From: a virus
Lineage: Duplodnaviria > Caudoviricetes
Virus record (IMG/VR): IMGVR_UViG_3300044630_000814
Coordinates: 1 to 63,724 of that record
Strand: one strand, 5' to 3'
DNA length: 63,724 bases
Position numbers and translations under genes: made by a program. Under the pieces are notes generated by a model, which worked only from the letters and a program-made list of their open reading frames with translations, searched no databases and was not told the DNA's origin. Below are positions 37,880-45,715 of the stretch, piece by piece. Position 1 is the first letter of the stretch, and every line of letters begins with the position of its first letter.

Positions 37880-38124
37880 ATGTTTGGCCCCATAAATTTT
37901 TTATATGCGTCCATCTCGTCGGGAGCGTCTGTGATTTTGACGGGGTTTGTGCCCTCGTCTCGCTCAAACCATGGCACGATTTTGGTAACTTTAAGTTCCC
38001 CAGTGTTGGAGTCATGTTCAGCGTAGACTGCCCATGTGTTTCCATACTCCTCATACTTCATACCAAACAGCTCGTTTAGGCCCGGAAGCAGTTCCTTGAG
38101 TAATTGGGCGCGACTGATAGCCAT
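37876..38124 (-). CDS. Small protein whose N-terminus copies the major capsid protein N-terminus
   Basis: MAISRAQLLKELLPGLNELFGMKYEEYG vs capsid MAISRAQLLKELLPGLNALFGLEYARYG (23/28 identical); GGAGG RBS. Confidence 0.85.
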   Translation of the reverse strand: MAISRAQLLKELLPGLNELFGMKYEEYGNTWAVYAEHDSNTGELKVTKIVPWFERDEGTNPVKITDAPDEMDAYKKFMGPNI

Positions 38125-38429
38125 CAGTGAACCTCCCCTTTTAATTTTTTAACAAGGTCAGGGAGCATGTCGTAGTTCGTCTCGTCTACTACTACAGCTA
38201 CGCCGTTAGACCGACGTATCGCTTCAATCTCGCGCACCTGTAGTGCCGTAGTCTTGCCGCCGTTTGCCTTGCACTCAACGGCAAGAAACCAGCCGTTCAC
38301 ACAGGCTACAATGTCGGGGACGCCACTACGTCCGAAGCCGTGGGTTGCGGGGGAAAAGAAATATACTTCATGTGCAGTGAAGATAGATTTTACCTTATCC
38401 TTCACTTTTTTCTCAGGCGTTGCTGCCAT
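38124..38429 (-). CDS. VRR-NUC / Holliday-junction-resolvase-like nuclease
   Basis: TPEKKVK...GVPDIV...AVECKA...TALQ; AAGGAGCAAAC RBS. Confidence 0.85.
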   Translation of the reverse strand: MAATPEKKVKDKVKSIFTAHEVYFFSPATHGFGRSGVPDIVACVNGWFLAVECKANGGKTTALQVREIEAIRRSNGVAVVVDETNYDMLPDLVKKLKGEVH

Positions 38430-38453
38430 GGTTTGCTCCTTGTTTGGCATCCC

Positions 38454-38481
38454 ACCATACACCATCGGTTTACAATGTCAA
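38454..38481 (-). promoter_or_regulatory. Sigma70-type middle promoter with near-palindromic operator over -35
   Basis: TTGACA-16-TATGGT; TTTACA-A-TGTCAA at 38469-38481. Confidence 0.6.
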
Positions 38482-38492
38482 ATGCTAAGGAT

Positions 38493-38520
38493 AAAAAAAG
38501 ACCGCCCCGAAAGGCGGTCT
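38493..38520 (-). terminator. Intrinsic terminator ending the early operon
   Basis: AGACCGCC-TTTCGG-GGCGGTCT stem-loop followed by a U-run on the minus strand. Confidence 0.85.
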
Positions 38521-38549
38521 AGTCTAACATAGTTAGGAGCAACTATATG

Positions 38550-38723
38550 TTATCTGTGTGTATCAGCGTAGTCCGCTAAGACTTCACGCATCTTAGCCGT
38601 GTAGCTAGGGTATGTTTTGTAATAGTCTAGCACCTCCGTTGGTATGCGTAGGTGTGTCAGGCTCATGGCCGGACGCTTGCCCAGCCCACGCTGCCCTCGG
38701 TATCGTTTTGGTTCTTCAGTCAT
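38550..38723 (-). CDS. Ribbon-helix-helix protein, BrnA-antitoxin-like (57 aa, not in ORF track)
   Basis: RGLGKRPAMSLTHLRIPTEVLDYYKTYPSYTAKMREVLADY; ATGA coupling to the upstream gene. Confidence 0.65.
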   Translation of the reverse strand: MTEEPKRYRGQRGLGKRPAMSLTHLRIPTEVLDYYKTYPSYTAKMREVLADYADTHR

Positions 38724-39589
38724 ACGGGTTCCTTATCCATAACAAAGAAGGCATGGTCGTTAAGTCGCACACCTACGTTGGGTATAATCCGACTACCCTC
38801 ATGTAGTTTGAGGAAGCCAAGGTTGCGGCGGATGTTGTCTGTCAGTTGTTCGCTGGACTTGACCTCTGTCTCTCGCTCGTCCCCGAAGCCGCGCACCATG
38901 ATGTAGTCGCTGCCTCGCGTGATTATAGTGAACCCTTCTCGGTTGCGATAGGCCAGTTCTACACCCTCCGCTTCGTTCCTAGCAGCGAGTCGCTCAGGCA
39001 TATCCTCTGGCACTGGTGCGCCCATTGCCTTTAGCGCAGGTGCTACCGCATCCCAGTTATTCATAACATACTGCGTGACAAACGGACTGATACGCCTGTA
39101 ACCCGCATCAAAATCTTTGTTAACGAGATGGGTGTTTCCGGATAGCTTAGTAGTTATGGCCTGTTCATATTCTATAATGCTCTCGTCTAGTGTCTTACCA
39201 TGGAAGGCTTTAAGTATGCTCTTCACTGCTAGGTCGAGCTTACTGGTTTTAGTCCATATACCCCGCTGGCGCTTATGGGCTAGCCTTGGGTTATCGAAGC
39301 GGTAGTATGTAACTGACCCCACACCAGCGCGATACCCAGACTCAATGGAGATTTCTCCTAACGACTGGCCGCTCTCGTAGATGTCAAAGTGGTGCGCCGT
39401 TACTGTTTCACCCGTTATATTTACGTTAGCGGATATTAGCGTCCATTGCGGGCGGTGCTTATGTAGCTCCTCTATTAAGGGTAGCGCCTTCTCGTGGACC
39501 ACGAACCGCGTATCAGGTTTTACGAAAGCAGGGTTGCGGCTGATGGACGCATGAGAGAAACCCTCGCATGGGTATAGTTGCTTAGTCAT
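38720..39589 (-). CDS. Hypothetical early protein
   Basis: AAGGAG RBS; 289 aa; C-terminal LGFLKL...VGVR...FFV. Confidence 0.75.
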   Translation of the reverse strand: MTKQLYPCEGFSHASISRNPAFVKPDTRFVVHEKALPLIEELHKHRPQWTLISANVNITGETVTAHHFDIYESGQSLGEISIESGYRAGVGSVTYYRFDNPRLAHKRQRGIWTKTSKLDLAVKSILKAFHGKTLDESIIEYEQAITTKLSGNTHLVNKDFDAGYRRISPFVTQYVMNNWDAVAPALKAMGAPVPEDMPERLAARNEAEGVELAYRNREGFTIITRGSDYIMVRGFGDERETEVKSSEQLTDNIRRNLGFLKLHEGSRIIPNVGVRLNDHAFFVMDKEPV

Positions 39590-39612
39590 TGTGATTACTC
39601 CTTCTCTATATC

Positions 39613-40455
39613 TTACCAATCAAAGCCCGAAAGGATTGTATCGAGCTTGCCCTTGACGTTGGTGCGGATGTCTTCGCTTTCCTTGAGGTCATCAATATCC
39701 AAGCCAATCAAAGCCGACTCCAGCTTGCGCCGCGCATCCTCTAGCTTGGGGTCGCCAGTGAGGTTGAGGTGAGTAAGCATCCCGCACATTTCCTGTGCGT
39801 TCGTAATGAAGGTGTCGTGCCAGCGGGTCTTTTCCTCTAGCCCTAGCTTAGTAGACATTGAGGTCAGCATCTTGTGCAGCTGCTCCCATGGGGTGCGCAT
39901 GGCTTCGTCAACACGGCTAACAAAATTATCATCATACTCCTTGCGTATGGCGTCGAGTTCTTGGTTGGGGATGTCCACACGGAAGTCACCCGACTCTGGC
40001 ACAGGGGAGAACACAAGGCGGAAGCCAAACTTGTCCATCACCTCATCCACGCTTGGGTAGTCCGCAGGGTCATGCAGGTCGCCCATGTGCTGCGCCGCAG
40101 TGGTCATCAGCTTGGGGTATTCGAGGCGAAACTTATCTACCAACTGCGTGAACGTATCACGTCGTGCGTTGGCCTCGGTCTTGTATGCCATGAAGAGGCT
40201 TGTGGGTAGCAGCCTAGCACCTCGGTCTGCCCAAGGTAATGTCCGACTGTTGTGCCATGTGCGGCACAGCGCAGCGAAGTCCGCTATGTCCTTGCGCAGG
40301 GTTGTGCCAGCCATGAGGTTCTTACGCACTTGGGCTGCATCGCTGGTCGCGTTGCTGTCAGCGGTCAGCTTGGTGGTGGTATCCTTGTCCAGCTTGTTGG
40401 CTGTCCAGACGGATATGTTCAGTTCGACAAGAACCGATGAAGATGTAATGCTCAT
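39613..40455 (-). CDS. Conserved early protein (DUF3150-like)
   Basis: LVELNISVWTANKLD...TLPWADRGARLLP...DYP; typically linked to MoxR/VWA genes. Confidence 0.65.
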   Translation of the reverse strand: MSITSSSVLVELNISVWTANKLDKDTTTKLTADSNATSDAAQVRKNLMAGTTLRKDIADFAALCRTWHNSRTLPWADRGARLLPTSLFMAYKTEANARRDTFTQLVDKFRLEYPKLMTTAAQHMGDLHDPADYPSVDEVMDKFGFRLVFSPVPESGDFRVDIPNQELDAIRKEYDDNFVSRVDEAMRTPWEQLHKMLTSMSTKLGLEEKTRWHDTFITNAQEMCGMLTHLNLTGDPKLEDARRKLESALIGLDIDDLKESEDIRTNVKGKLDTILSGFDW

Positions 40456-40517
40456 TAGTTTGCTCCTATTGTGTTATATGTAACTTAGTTAGGTCGTCCG
40501 GTTTGCTATCCGGTATT

Positions 40518-40763
40518 TTATTTCTCGTCGGGTTTACCCGCCAACTTAGCCATGCGGTATAGACCATCAGGCATCATCGTAATGTCGCGCATCTCGCTGC
40601 TCATGTCCTGCTCCCAGACATGGTAGGTAGTGCCGCCATCTTGCGCCGAACGATAGGTCCTATGATAGTGTTCAGCCTTGGCTAGGATTTCATGTATGCG
40701 CAGTGCATCCTCTGCCTCCACGATATAATGGTCGTAGCCGTAACGTATGATTGCTTTAGACAT
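40518..40763 (-). CDS. Hypothetical protein
   Basis: AAGGAGCAAA RBS; ends YRMAKLAGKP. Confidence 0.7.
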   Translation of the reverse strand: MSKAIIRYGYDHYIVEAEDALRIHEILAKAEHYHRTYRSAQDGGTTYHVWEQDMSSEMRDITMMPDGLYRMAKLAGKPDEK

Positions 40764-40773
40764 TATTTGCTCC

Positions 40774-41982
40774 TTATCCTTTGATATGCACAGTTTTGCC
40801 AACTGGTGACACGATACGGCCTGAGCTGTAGCGATGCTCGGAGATTACCCACATGATAGGCGCACCCCAGTCGTCACCCCAGTCACCGACATACCCGTCA
40901 GTCAGCTGGATGATGCACTCTGGCTTGATGTTTTGTTCCTTGAGGTAGTGCATCATACAGGTTGGGTCAGTGCCGCCACCGCCCACTGGCTTGGTAGAGC
41001 TAACAAGGTTAGACATGGTTGCCATGTCATAGACCTCATGCCCTGCCACCGCTCCGTCCCAATAGATGAGGTCTATCTTGTCGGGATGCACCTCCTCGAC
41101 GATAGCCTTGACCTCGGACAGGAACACGCTGAGTTCGTCCGCACCGATAGAGCCGCTTGTGTCTACGCCGATAGCGATATGCCCGACCTTCTCCCCTACT
41201 AGCGTAGGGAGATATACGTCTTGGCTTAGCATGCGCCTGTTGACCCTGCGCCATGATGACGCATCCTTGGCATTGCAAGTAGCGGACACAAACTCACGCA
41301 GTGCTTCGCGCCAGTCTATCTGTGGTTGGAGCATGTCACCCAGCTCGCGGTTGACACCTAGCCCGCCTTTGCCCGCAGCTTTCATAGATGCTATCTGGCC
41401 TTGGCGTAGGGCTTGGTCCACCTCGCGTTCTAGTTCCTTGCGCTCGTCGGCAGTCATTTCCTTGGCCCCGTCCCAGTCATGCTCGTCGAACCCTTCGCCG
41501 CCTTGACCACCATCAGGGTTATCCTTCTTCTCCTGCTTGAGTATGTCGAAGACTTGCTTGGTGTTCATGCCTTTGAAGCGGGTGTCGTAACACGCCATCG
41601 GTGTGCCATCCTCGCGGCGAACCATAGCGATGACTTGCTCGTTCGGGTCCATCTCCATAATCATAAGGTTGATGACATGGTCCATTGCGATGTTGGCTAG
41701 GTGAGGGTCCTCTGCTCGGAGCTTCTGCCACGTTGTCATGTGACGTAAGCCCTTGTGCATGTTCTCGTGTAGCACGACGAAGCCCAGTTGCTTCTCGTCT
41801 AACTTTGTTATGAACTCCAAGCCGTATATCTCGTCACGCCCGTTGGTGCATGCCGTTGGCACGTCCTCGGCTACGCTGGTCTTGCCGACCATCATGATGC
41901 CAGACCACAACGCAAACATGGGGTTGCGCATCAGGTTAATCTTGACTTTCTTGAGCTTGCGCTCAGCTTTCTGCATATCCAT
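40774..41982 (-). CDS. Metallopeptidase-like + VWA domain protein (DUF2201-like)
   Basis: TACTNG, LHENMH (HExxH), NIAMD..IN, VDTSGS MIDAS, GGGGTD, LTDGY. Confidence 0.85.
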   Translation of the reverse strand: MDMQKAERKLKKVKINLMRNPMFALWSGIMMVGKTSVAEDVPTACTNGRDEIYGLEFITKLDEKQLGFVVLHENMHKGLRHMTTWQKLRAEDPHLANIAMDHVINLMIMEMDPNEQVIAMVRREDGTPMACYDTRFKGMNTKQVFDILKQEKKDNPDGGQGGEGFDEHDWDGAKEMTADERKELEREVDQALRQGQIASMKAAGKGGLGVNRELGDMLQPQIDWREALREFVSATCNAKDASSWRRVNRRMLSQDVYLPTLVGEKVGHIAIGVDTSGSIGADELSVFLSEVKAIVEEVHPDKIDLIYWDGAVAGHEVYDMATMSNLVSSTKPVGGGGTDPTCMMHYLKEQNIKPECIIQLTDGYVGDWGDDWGAPIMWVISEHRYSSGRIVSPVGKTVHIKG

Positions 41983-42004
41983 TAGTTTGCTCCTTGTGTT
42001 GGTA

Positions 42005-43072
42005 TCAAAGTAGGTCCTCGTTATCCCGCACCCAGTTAGCGAATGCAGCGGATGAAAACGCAACCGACTGGCGCTGCGGGTTCTTCGCAATGTTGATAGC
42101 GAAGCATGCTTGCCACTCTGGTTCGAAGCGGGACAGGTAGGTCATGAACGGCGTCATTGTCTCTTTAGTCACCTTCATGATTGCACCAAAGATAAGCACC
42201 GCACATGCTCCTGCTGACGTAGGGATAGCCGCATCATTCGGCTTGGATGTGATGTTCTCCCATGTGGGTAGCTGGTCTTGGTATGTGATGTAGGCTTGCA
42301 TGTCCCGCGCTGCTGCCTCACCGATTGTGCCTGATAGCGCAGCGGTAAGAGCGTTGGATGAAATCCGCTCACGATGCCTCACAATGTTAGATGCACGCGA
42401 CAAAGAGCGTGGGCTGACATAGGACTTCTGCATAGCCTTGGGGTTGTAGATATATGCGTTCTCGTTCTGCGTGCCGTCAGTGTATGAAGCCAGCGCATGC
42501 GGGAACTGCTTAACCCAAGCCATGACAACAGGCTCAACGTCATTGTTGATTGCCCACTCAAGCCACTGGTCGCTGTCAGGCTTGGCTACGCGCACTCTGG
42601 ATACTCTGTTAAGAGTATGGCCCTTGATAACATCGCCGACACCATCGCTCGACAAGTTAGATGTGAGGAACACGATTGAGTCTGGATGTAGCTCAATGTC
42701 GCCCAGTCGTGGGTTGTGTTCTTCGAGTAGCGGGTGAAGCATATTCTGCACAGGCGGCGGAGCCTTGGCAAACTCGTCAAGCATGATGACTGCTGGCTTG
42801 CCATGCTGCAACTGGAGCGCAGCATTGGGGAAATACTCTGTTACCCGTAGCTCTCGGTTGACGCTTGGCATGGCAATGTCACCCAAGTCCTTCTGCGCAC
42901 AGTCGAAGTAGGCATAGACGTAGCGGTCACCTAGCTTGGCCTTGAGCGCCTTCATGATGCTAGACTTACCAATCCCAGGTTCGCCTTCGAGCAGGAACCG
43001 ATTGTCGGGGATGGCTGCGATAAGCTCTGCGGCTTCGGCAAGTGAGATGTTTGAACCAAAATCAATAGACAT
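42005..43072 (-). CDS. MoxR-like AAA+ ATPase
   Basis: Walker A GEPGIGKS, Walker B MLDEF, sensor TSN, SPRS. Confidence 0.85.
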   Translation of the reverse strand: MSIDFGSNISLAEAAELIAAIPDNRFLLEGEPGIGKSSIMKALKAKLGDRYVYAYFDCAQKDLGDIAMPSVNRELRVTEYFPNAALQLQHGKPAVIMLDEFAKAPPPVQNMLHPLLEEHNPRLGDIELHPDSIVFLTSNLSSDGVGDVIKGHTLNRVSRVRVAKPDSDQWLEWAINNDVEPVVMAWVKQFPHALASYTDGTQNENAYIYNPKAMQKSYVSPRSLSRASNIVRHRERISSNALTAALSGTIGEAAARDMQAYITYQDQLPTWENITSKPNDAAIPTSAGACAVLIFGAIMKVTKETMTPFMTYLSRFEPEWQACFAINIAKNPQRQSVAFSSAAFANWVRDNEDLL

Positions 43073-43145
43073 AATATTACTCCTTCGTTGTAACTTTGTT
43101 AGGCTTGTTTACTCTAGTTGGCTGATTTCTCAGCTTTTTCTTTTT

Positions 43146-43214
43146 ATTGTAGCACAATAACATACCCAAGTCAAGTGATGTGGGCATCGGGTCGGGGACC
43201 TCTAACTTTGTTAG
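43146..43214 (-). promoter_or_regulatory. Early sigma70 promoter P2 with upstream CTAAC-N3-GTTAG site
   Basis: TTGACT-17-TACAAT with extended -10 TG; palindrome 27 bp upstream of -35. Confidence 0.8.
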
Positions 43215-44155
43215 AACCAATTCATATAGCGGTCCTTTGTCGGCACACCCAGCTTCGCTGGCTTGCGCTCCAACACCTCATAGCGGTGCATGAACATGAG
43301 TAGCTCGTCGAACGTTCTGCCTATGCGCTCTGGTGAGACGGAGATGCCTTCGGAGCTAATCCAATAGCGTCCCTCGTGGGCGCTTCTTATGATAGTAAGC
43401 AAAGCTCGGTAGTTATCCTCGACCTTGTCACTGCGTATCAGTCCCTTGAGGTTGTCTGCCTGTGACGCATAGTTGCGGTTAGCTTCCACCATGTTAGTGC
43501 GCTCTATGAGGTTGTGCGCCTCAAACTCACTGCGGCTTACCTTCACCACGGGTAGGGTCACATCAGGCCCATTCCAGCGCGGCTGCGATACATACTCGGT
43601 GCGCAGCTTGGTCATTGCGGAGAGGTATTTCCTGAACTCTGTGTATTCCTTCCTAACTTTGTTAGCTGCCTTGCGGTTGACCGCATGCTTCACGTTTTCT
43701 TCTATGTCGTCGATTAGCCAGTGGTTCTCATGGCGGACAACGCGCACAGGTGTGTTGTTAGGTAGCCGCCAATCGCCTTGCACAATCTCAGGCGCGTTTG
43801 ACCCTATGGCCCTACGCATGAAGCAAGTAACCCAAGCCCTGTAGTGGAAGGTATACATCTTTAGCCCAAGCAACATGTAGAACATGTCGTGTGTCGTGGG
43901 CGATACCCAGCCACCATTGTTTATGGTTAGCGTATTATCTGGATGGTAACGCACGATGTCCGTGGCATGCATCCGCACCACGATGTCGTTACCCTCCTTG
44001 CGTATGTTGTAGTATTTCTTGTTGCGCGCACCCAGCGGCTTAGTTCCGTCCTTGTCGCCCCTGACGGGATTGACAAGGGACTCGTGCCTCGCTGCGTCGT
44101 TGTATGATGCAAGTCTGGGGATGTCCCAGTTGCGGTAGTGGTTATTCCAGCCCAT
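43211..44155 (-). CDS. Hypothetical early protein
   Basis: AAGGAGCAAAC RBS; 314 aa; HATDIVRYHPD...GGW.SPTT. Confidence 0.75.
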   Translation of the reverse strand: MGWNNHYRNWDIPRLASYNDAARHESLVNPVRGDKDGTKPLGARNKKYYNIRKEGNDIVVRMHATDIVRYHPDNTLTINNGGWVSPTTHDMFYMLLGLKMYTFHYRAWVTCFMRRAIGSNAPEIVQGDWRLPNNTPVRVVRHENHWLIDDIEENVKHAVNRKAANKVRKEYTEFRKYLSAMTKLRTEYVSQPRWNGPDVTLPVVKVSRSEFEAHNLIERTNMVEANRNYASQADNLKGLIRSDKVEDNYRALLTIIRSAHEGRYWISSEGISVSPERIGRTFDELLMFMHRYEVLERKPAKLGVPTKDRYMNWF

Positions 44156-44177
44156 GTGTTTGCTCCTTCTAACTTTG

Positions 44178-44594
44178 TTAGGCTTGTGATTGAAACGATA
44201 TCTCGGTCGAGCGGTTCACGCCGACCACTGCATCTGCGTTGGTGCTCATCCTTATCTCGGTGTCTTGGTCTTCCTCGCCAAGGCGCACAAACTCCCATGC
44301 TATGTTGAACGCCGTGGGGTCGCCCGTCACTGCTTGCTCGTCTAGCAGTCGGTCGATGGCCTCGAACACTCTCTCCACCGCTTGCGGATGCTCGTAGTGC
44401 TCATACCACTTCACGTCGTTGTAATAGACGGAGATGCCTCGGCTCTCTGGGTCGTAGGTAATCCTCGCATCCCATTCGTTCGTGGCTTCCTTGACGGGGT
44501 AGTTCTCGTCGAACCATAGCTTGAGCAGCGGGTATGATGTCTCGCTGTCAACGGGTGCGTAGATAACTACGTCTACTTCTGAGCGATAGCCCAT
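44178..44594 (-). CDS. Acidic hypothetical early protein (MGYRS family)
   Basis: MGYRSEV...VKWY...FVRLGEE; GGAGG RBS. Confidence 0.75.
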   Translation of the reverse strand: MGYRSEVDVVIYAPVDSETSYPLLKLWFDENYPVKEATNEWDARITYDPESRGISVYYNDVKWYEHYEHPQAVERVFEAIDRLLDEQAVTGDPTAFNIAWEFVRLGEEDQDTEIRMSTNADAVVGVNRSTEISFQSQA

Positions 44595-44595
44595 G

Positions 44596-44874
44596 TTATG
44601 CTTCCTCCTGTTCTGGTTTATCTAGATACTCGTCTATTCGTTGATGCTTGCTAAAGAGGTCATCGGTCAGGCGTCCGGTTAGGAAATTGCTTCGGCCATT
44701 ATGAGTGCCGCTTTTCCCGTCCAGCCGGACACGTGCTTTCGCTTTGTGCATGCGGCCCTTCACTGCCTTCTCCGTTACACCTAGCCGCTCGGCGATAGCT
44801 CTGGCGCTAAAGCCAGCACGTTTCAGCCCTGCAGCGCGGGCCACCATCTCTGCGTCCCACACCTTCTTAGGCAT
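44596..44874 (-). CDS. GcrA-like HTH protein
   Basis: WDAEMV...AGFSARAIAERLGVTEKAVKGRMHK resembles the GcrA N-terminal DNA-binding domain. Confidence 0.7.
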   Translation of the reverse strand: MPKKVWDAEMVARAAGLKRAGFSARAIAERLGVTEKAVKGRMHKAKARVRLDGKSGTHNGRSNFLTGRLTDDLFSKHQRIDEYLDKPEQEEA

Positions 44875-44875
44875 A

Positions 44876-44971
44876 TCACTTCCCCTTGAATGTGTCGTGT
44901 ATCGCCCAGACGACGAAGATAAACACGGATATGAAAAATACCTCGGCTGCTGCGTGTAATATGGTAGTCAT
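44876..44971 (-). CDS. 31-aa single-TM peptide
   Basis: AAGGAGCAA RBS; MTTILHAAAEVFFISVFIFVVWAIHDTFKGK. Confidence 0.6.
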   Translation of the reverse strand: MTTILHAAAEVFFISVFIFVVWAIHDTFKGK

Positions 44972-45141
44972 TAGTCTTGCTCCTTCAGTTTCTCGTATAT
45001 CTGCGCCATGCTCATGCCTTTGAGTTCTTCTGGCACTTCGCCGCGCATCTCTGCTTCGATAGAGGCAATCGCCTCGTGGTAGCGGTCGAGTCCGACCCAA
45101 CCTGTCGGGTCATCGACGTTTAGTTTTGCTTTCTTTCCCAT
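44971..45141 (-). CDS. Hypothetical protein (56 aa, not in ORF track)
   Basis: MGKKAKLNVDDPTGWVGLDRYHE...; stop/start overlaps with neighbours. Confidence 0.55.
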   Translation of the reverse strand: MGKKAKLNVDDPTGWVGLDRYHEAIASIEAEMRGEVPEELKGMSMAQIYEKLKEQD

Positions 45142-45320
45142 CAGTCCCGCCTCTCACGTTCTGCTTTTAGTAACCGCTCGGTTAGCACCTGCTCTAACTC
45201 TGTTAGGTGTAAGCGTTCCTTGGCGGTGGCGATAAGCTCGTTGTTGGTTAGCATCCGGTAGTAGTTCCGGTCTTTGGTTGCTTGTGTGGTTTCGTTTGCT
45301 TGTGTGGTTGTCTGTGTCAT
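45141..45320 (-). CDS. Hypothetical protein (59 aa, not in ORF track)
   Basis: MTQTTTQANE...RNYYRMLTNNELI...LxERL; coupled overlaps. Confidence 0.55.
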   Translation of the reverse strand: MTQTTTQANETTQATKDRNYYRMLTNNELIATAKERLHLTELEQVLTERLLKAERERRD

Positions 45321-45466
45321 CCGTTATATCCTTCCTCGCAAAAGGCTTCCCACAAGTCGCGGTCCACCTGTATCCATAGGGTTGTGTCAAACTCCTGCAT
45401 CACCTCGGCATTCTCAAGTATGTCGAAGGCCAATGCTACCTTGTCCCAGTCGTTCAGTTCATCCAT
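45317..45466 (-). CDS. Highly acidic 49-aa protein (not in ORF track)
   Basis: MDELNDWDKVALAFDILENAEVMQEFDTTLWIQVDRDLWEAFCEEGYNG; GGAG RBS. Confidence 0.6.
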   Translation of the reverse strand: MDELNDWDKVALAFDILENAEVMQEFDTTLWIQVDRDLWEAFCEEGYNG

Positions 45467-45704
45467 GTGCTTTCTCCCATGCATCACGCTCGGCTGCTAT
45501 CTCCAGACGGGTTAGTTCATCGCGTTCCAACTCACTGCGGAAGTGGTCTTTCGATAAGCCTCGGCGTCCAGTCTCTATGCCGTATTGGGCCACGGCTGGG
45601 CCTAGCTCATACTCTGTCTCGCGTAGCTGTCTGCGTAGCTGGTCATATCTGCGTAGCAGGACGGCTGCTTTCATCTTGGTGCTTAAGTCGTTAACCATTT
45701 TCAT
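45459..45704 (-). CDS. Hypothetical coiled-coil protein
   Basis: GAGG RBS; LLRRYDQLRRQLR...YG...G. Confidence 0.65.
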   Translation of the reverse strand: MKMVNDLSTKMKAAVLLRRYDQLRRQLRETEYELGPAVAQYGIETGRRGLSKDHFRSELERDELTRLEIAAERDAWEKAHG

Positions 45705-45715
45705 TCCTCACTTTG

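Noticed and set aside
37876-38124. Capsid pseudogene or recent duplication
   Set aside because: Synonymous sites are heavily diverged while amino acids are conserved, and the ORF is intact, has an RBS and is coupled to its neighbours.
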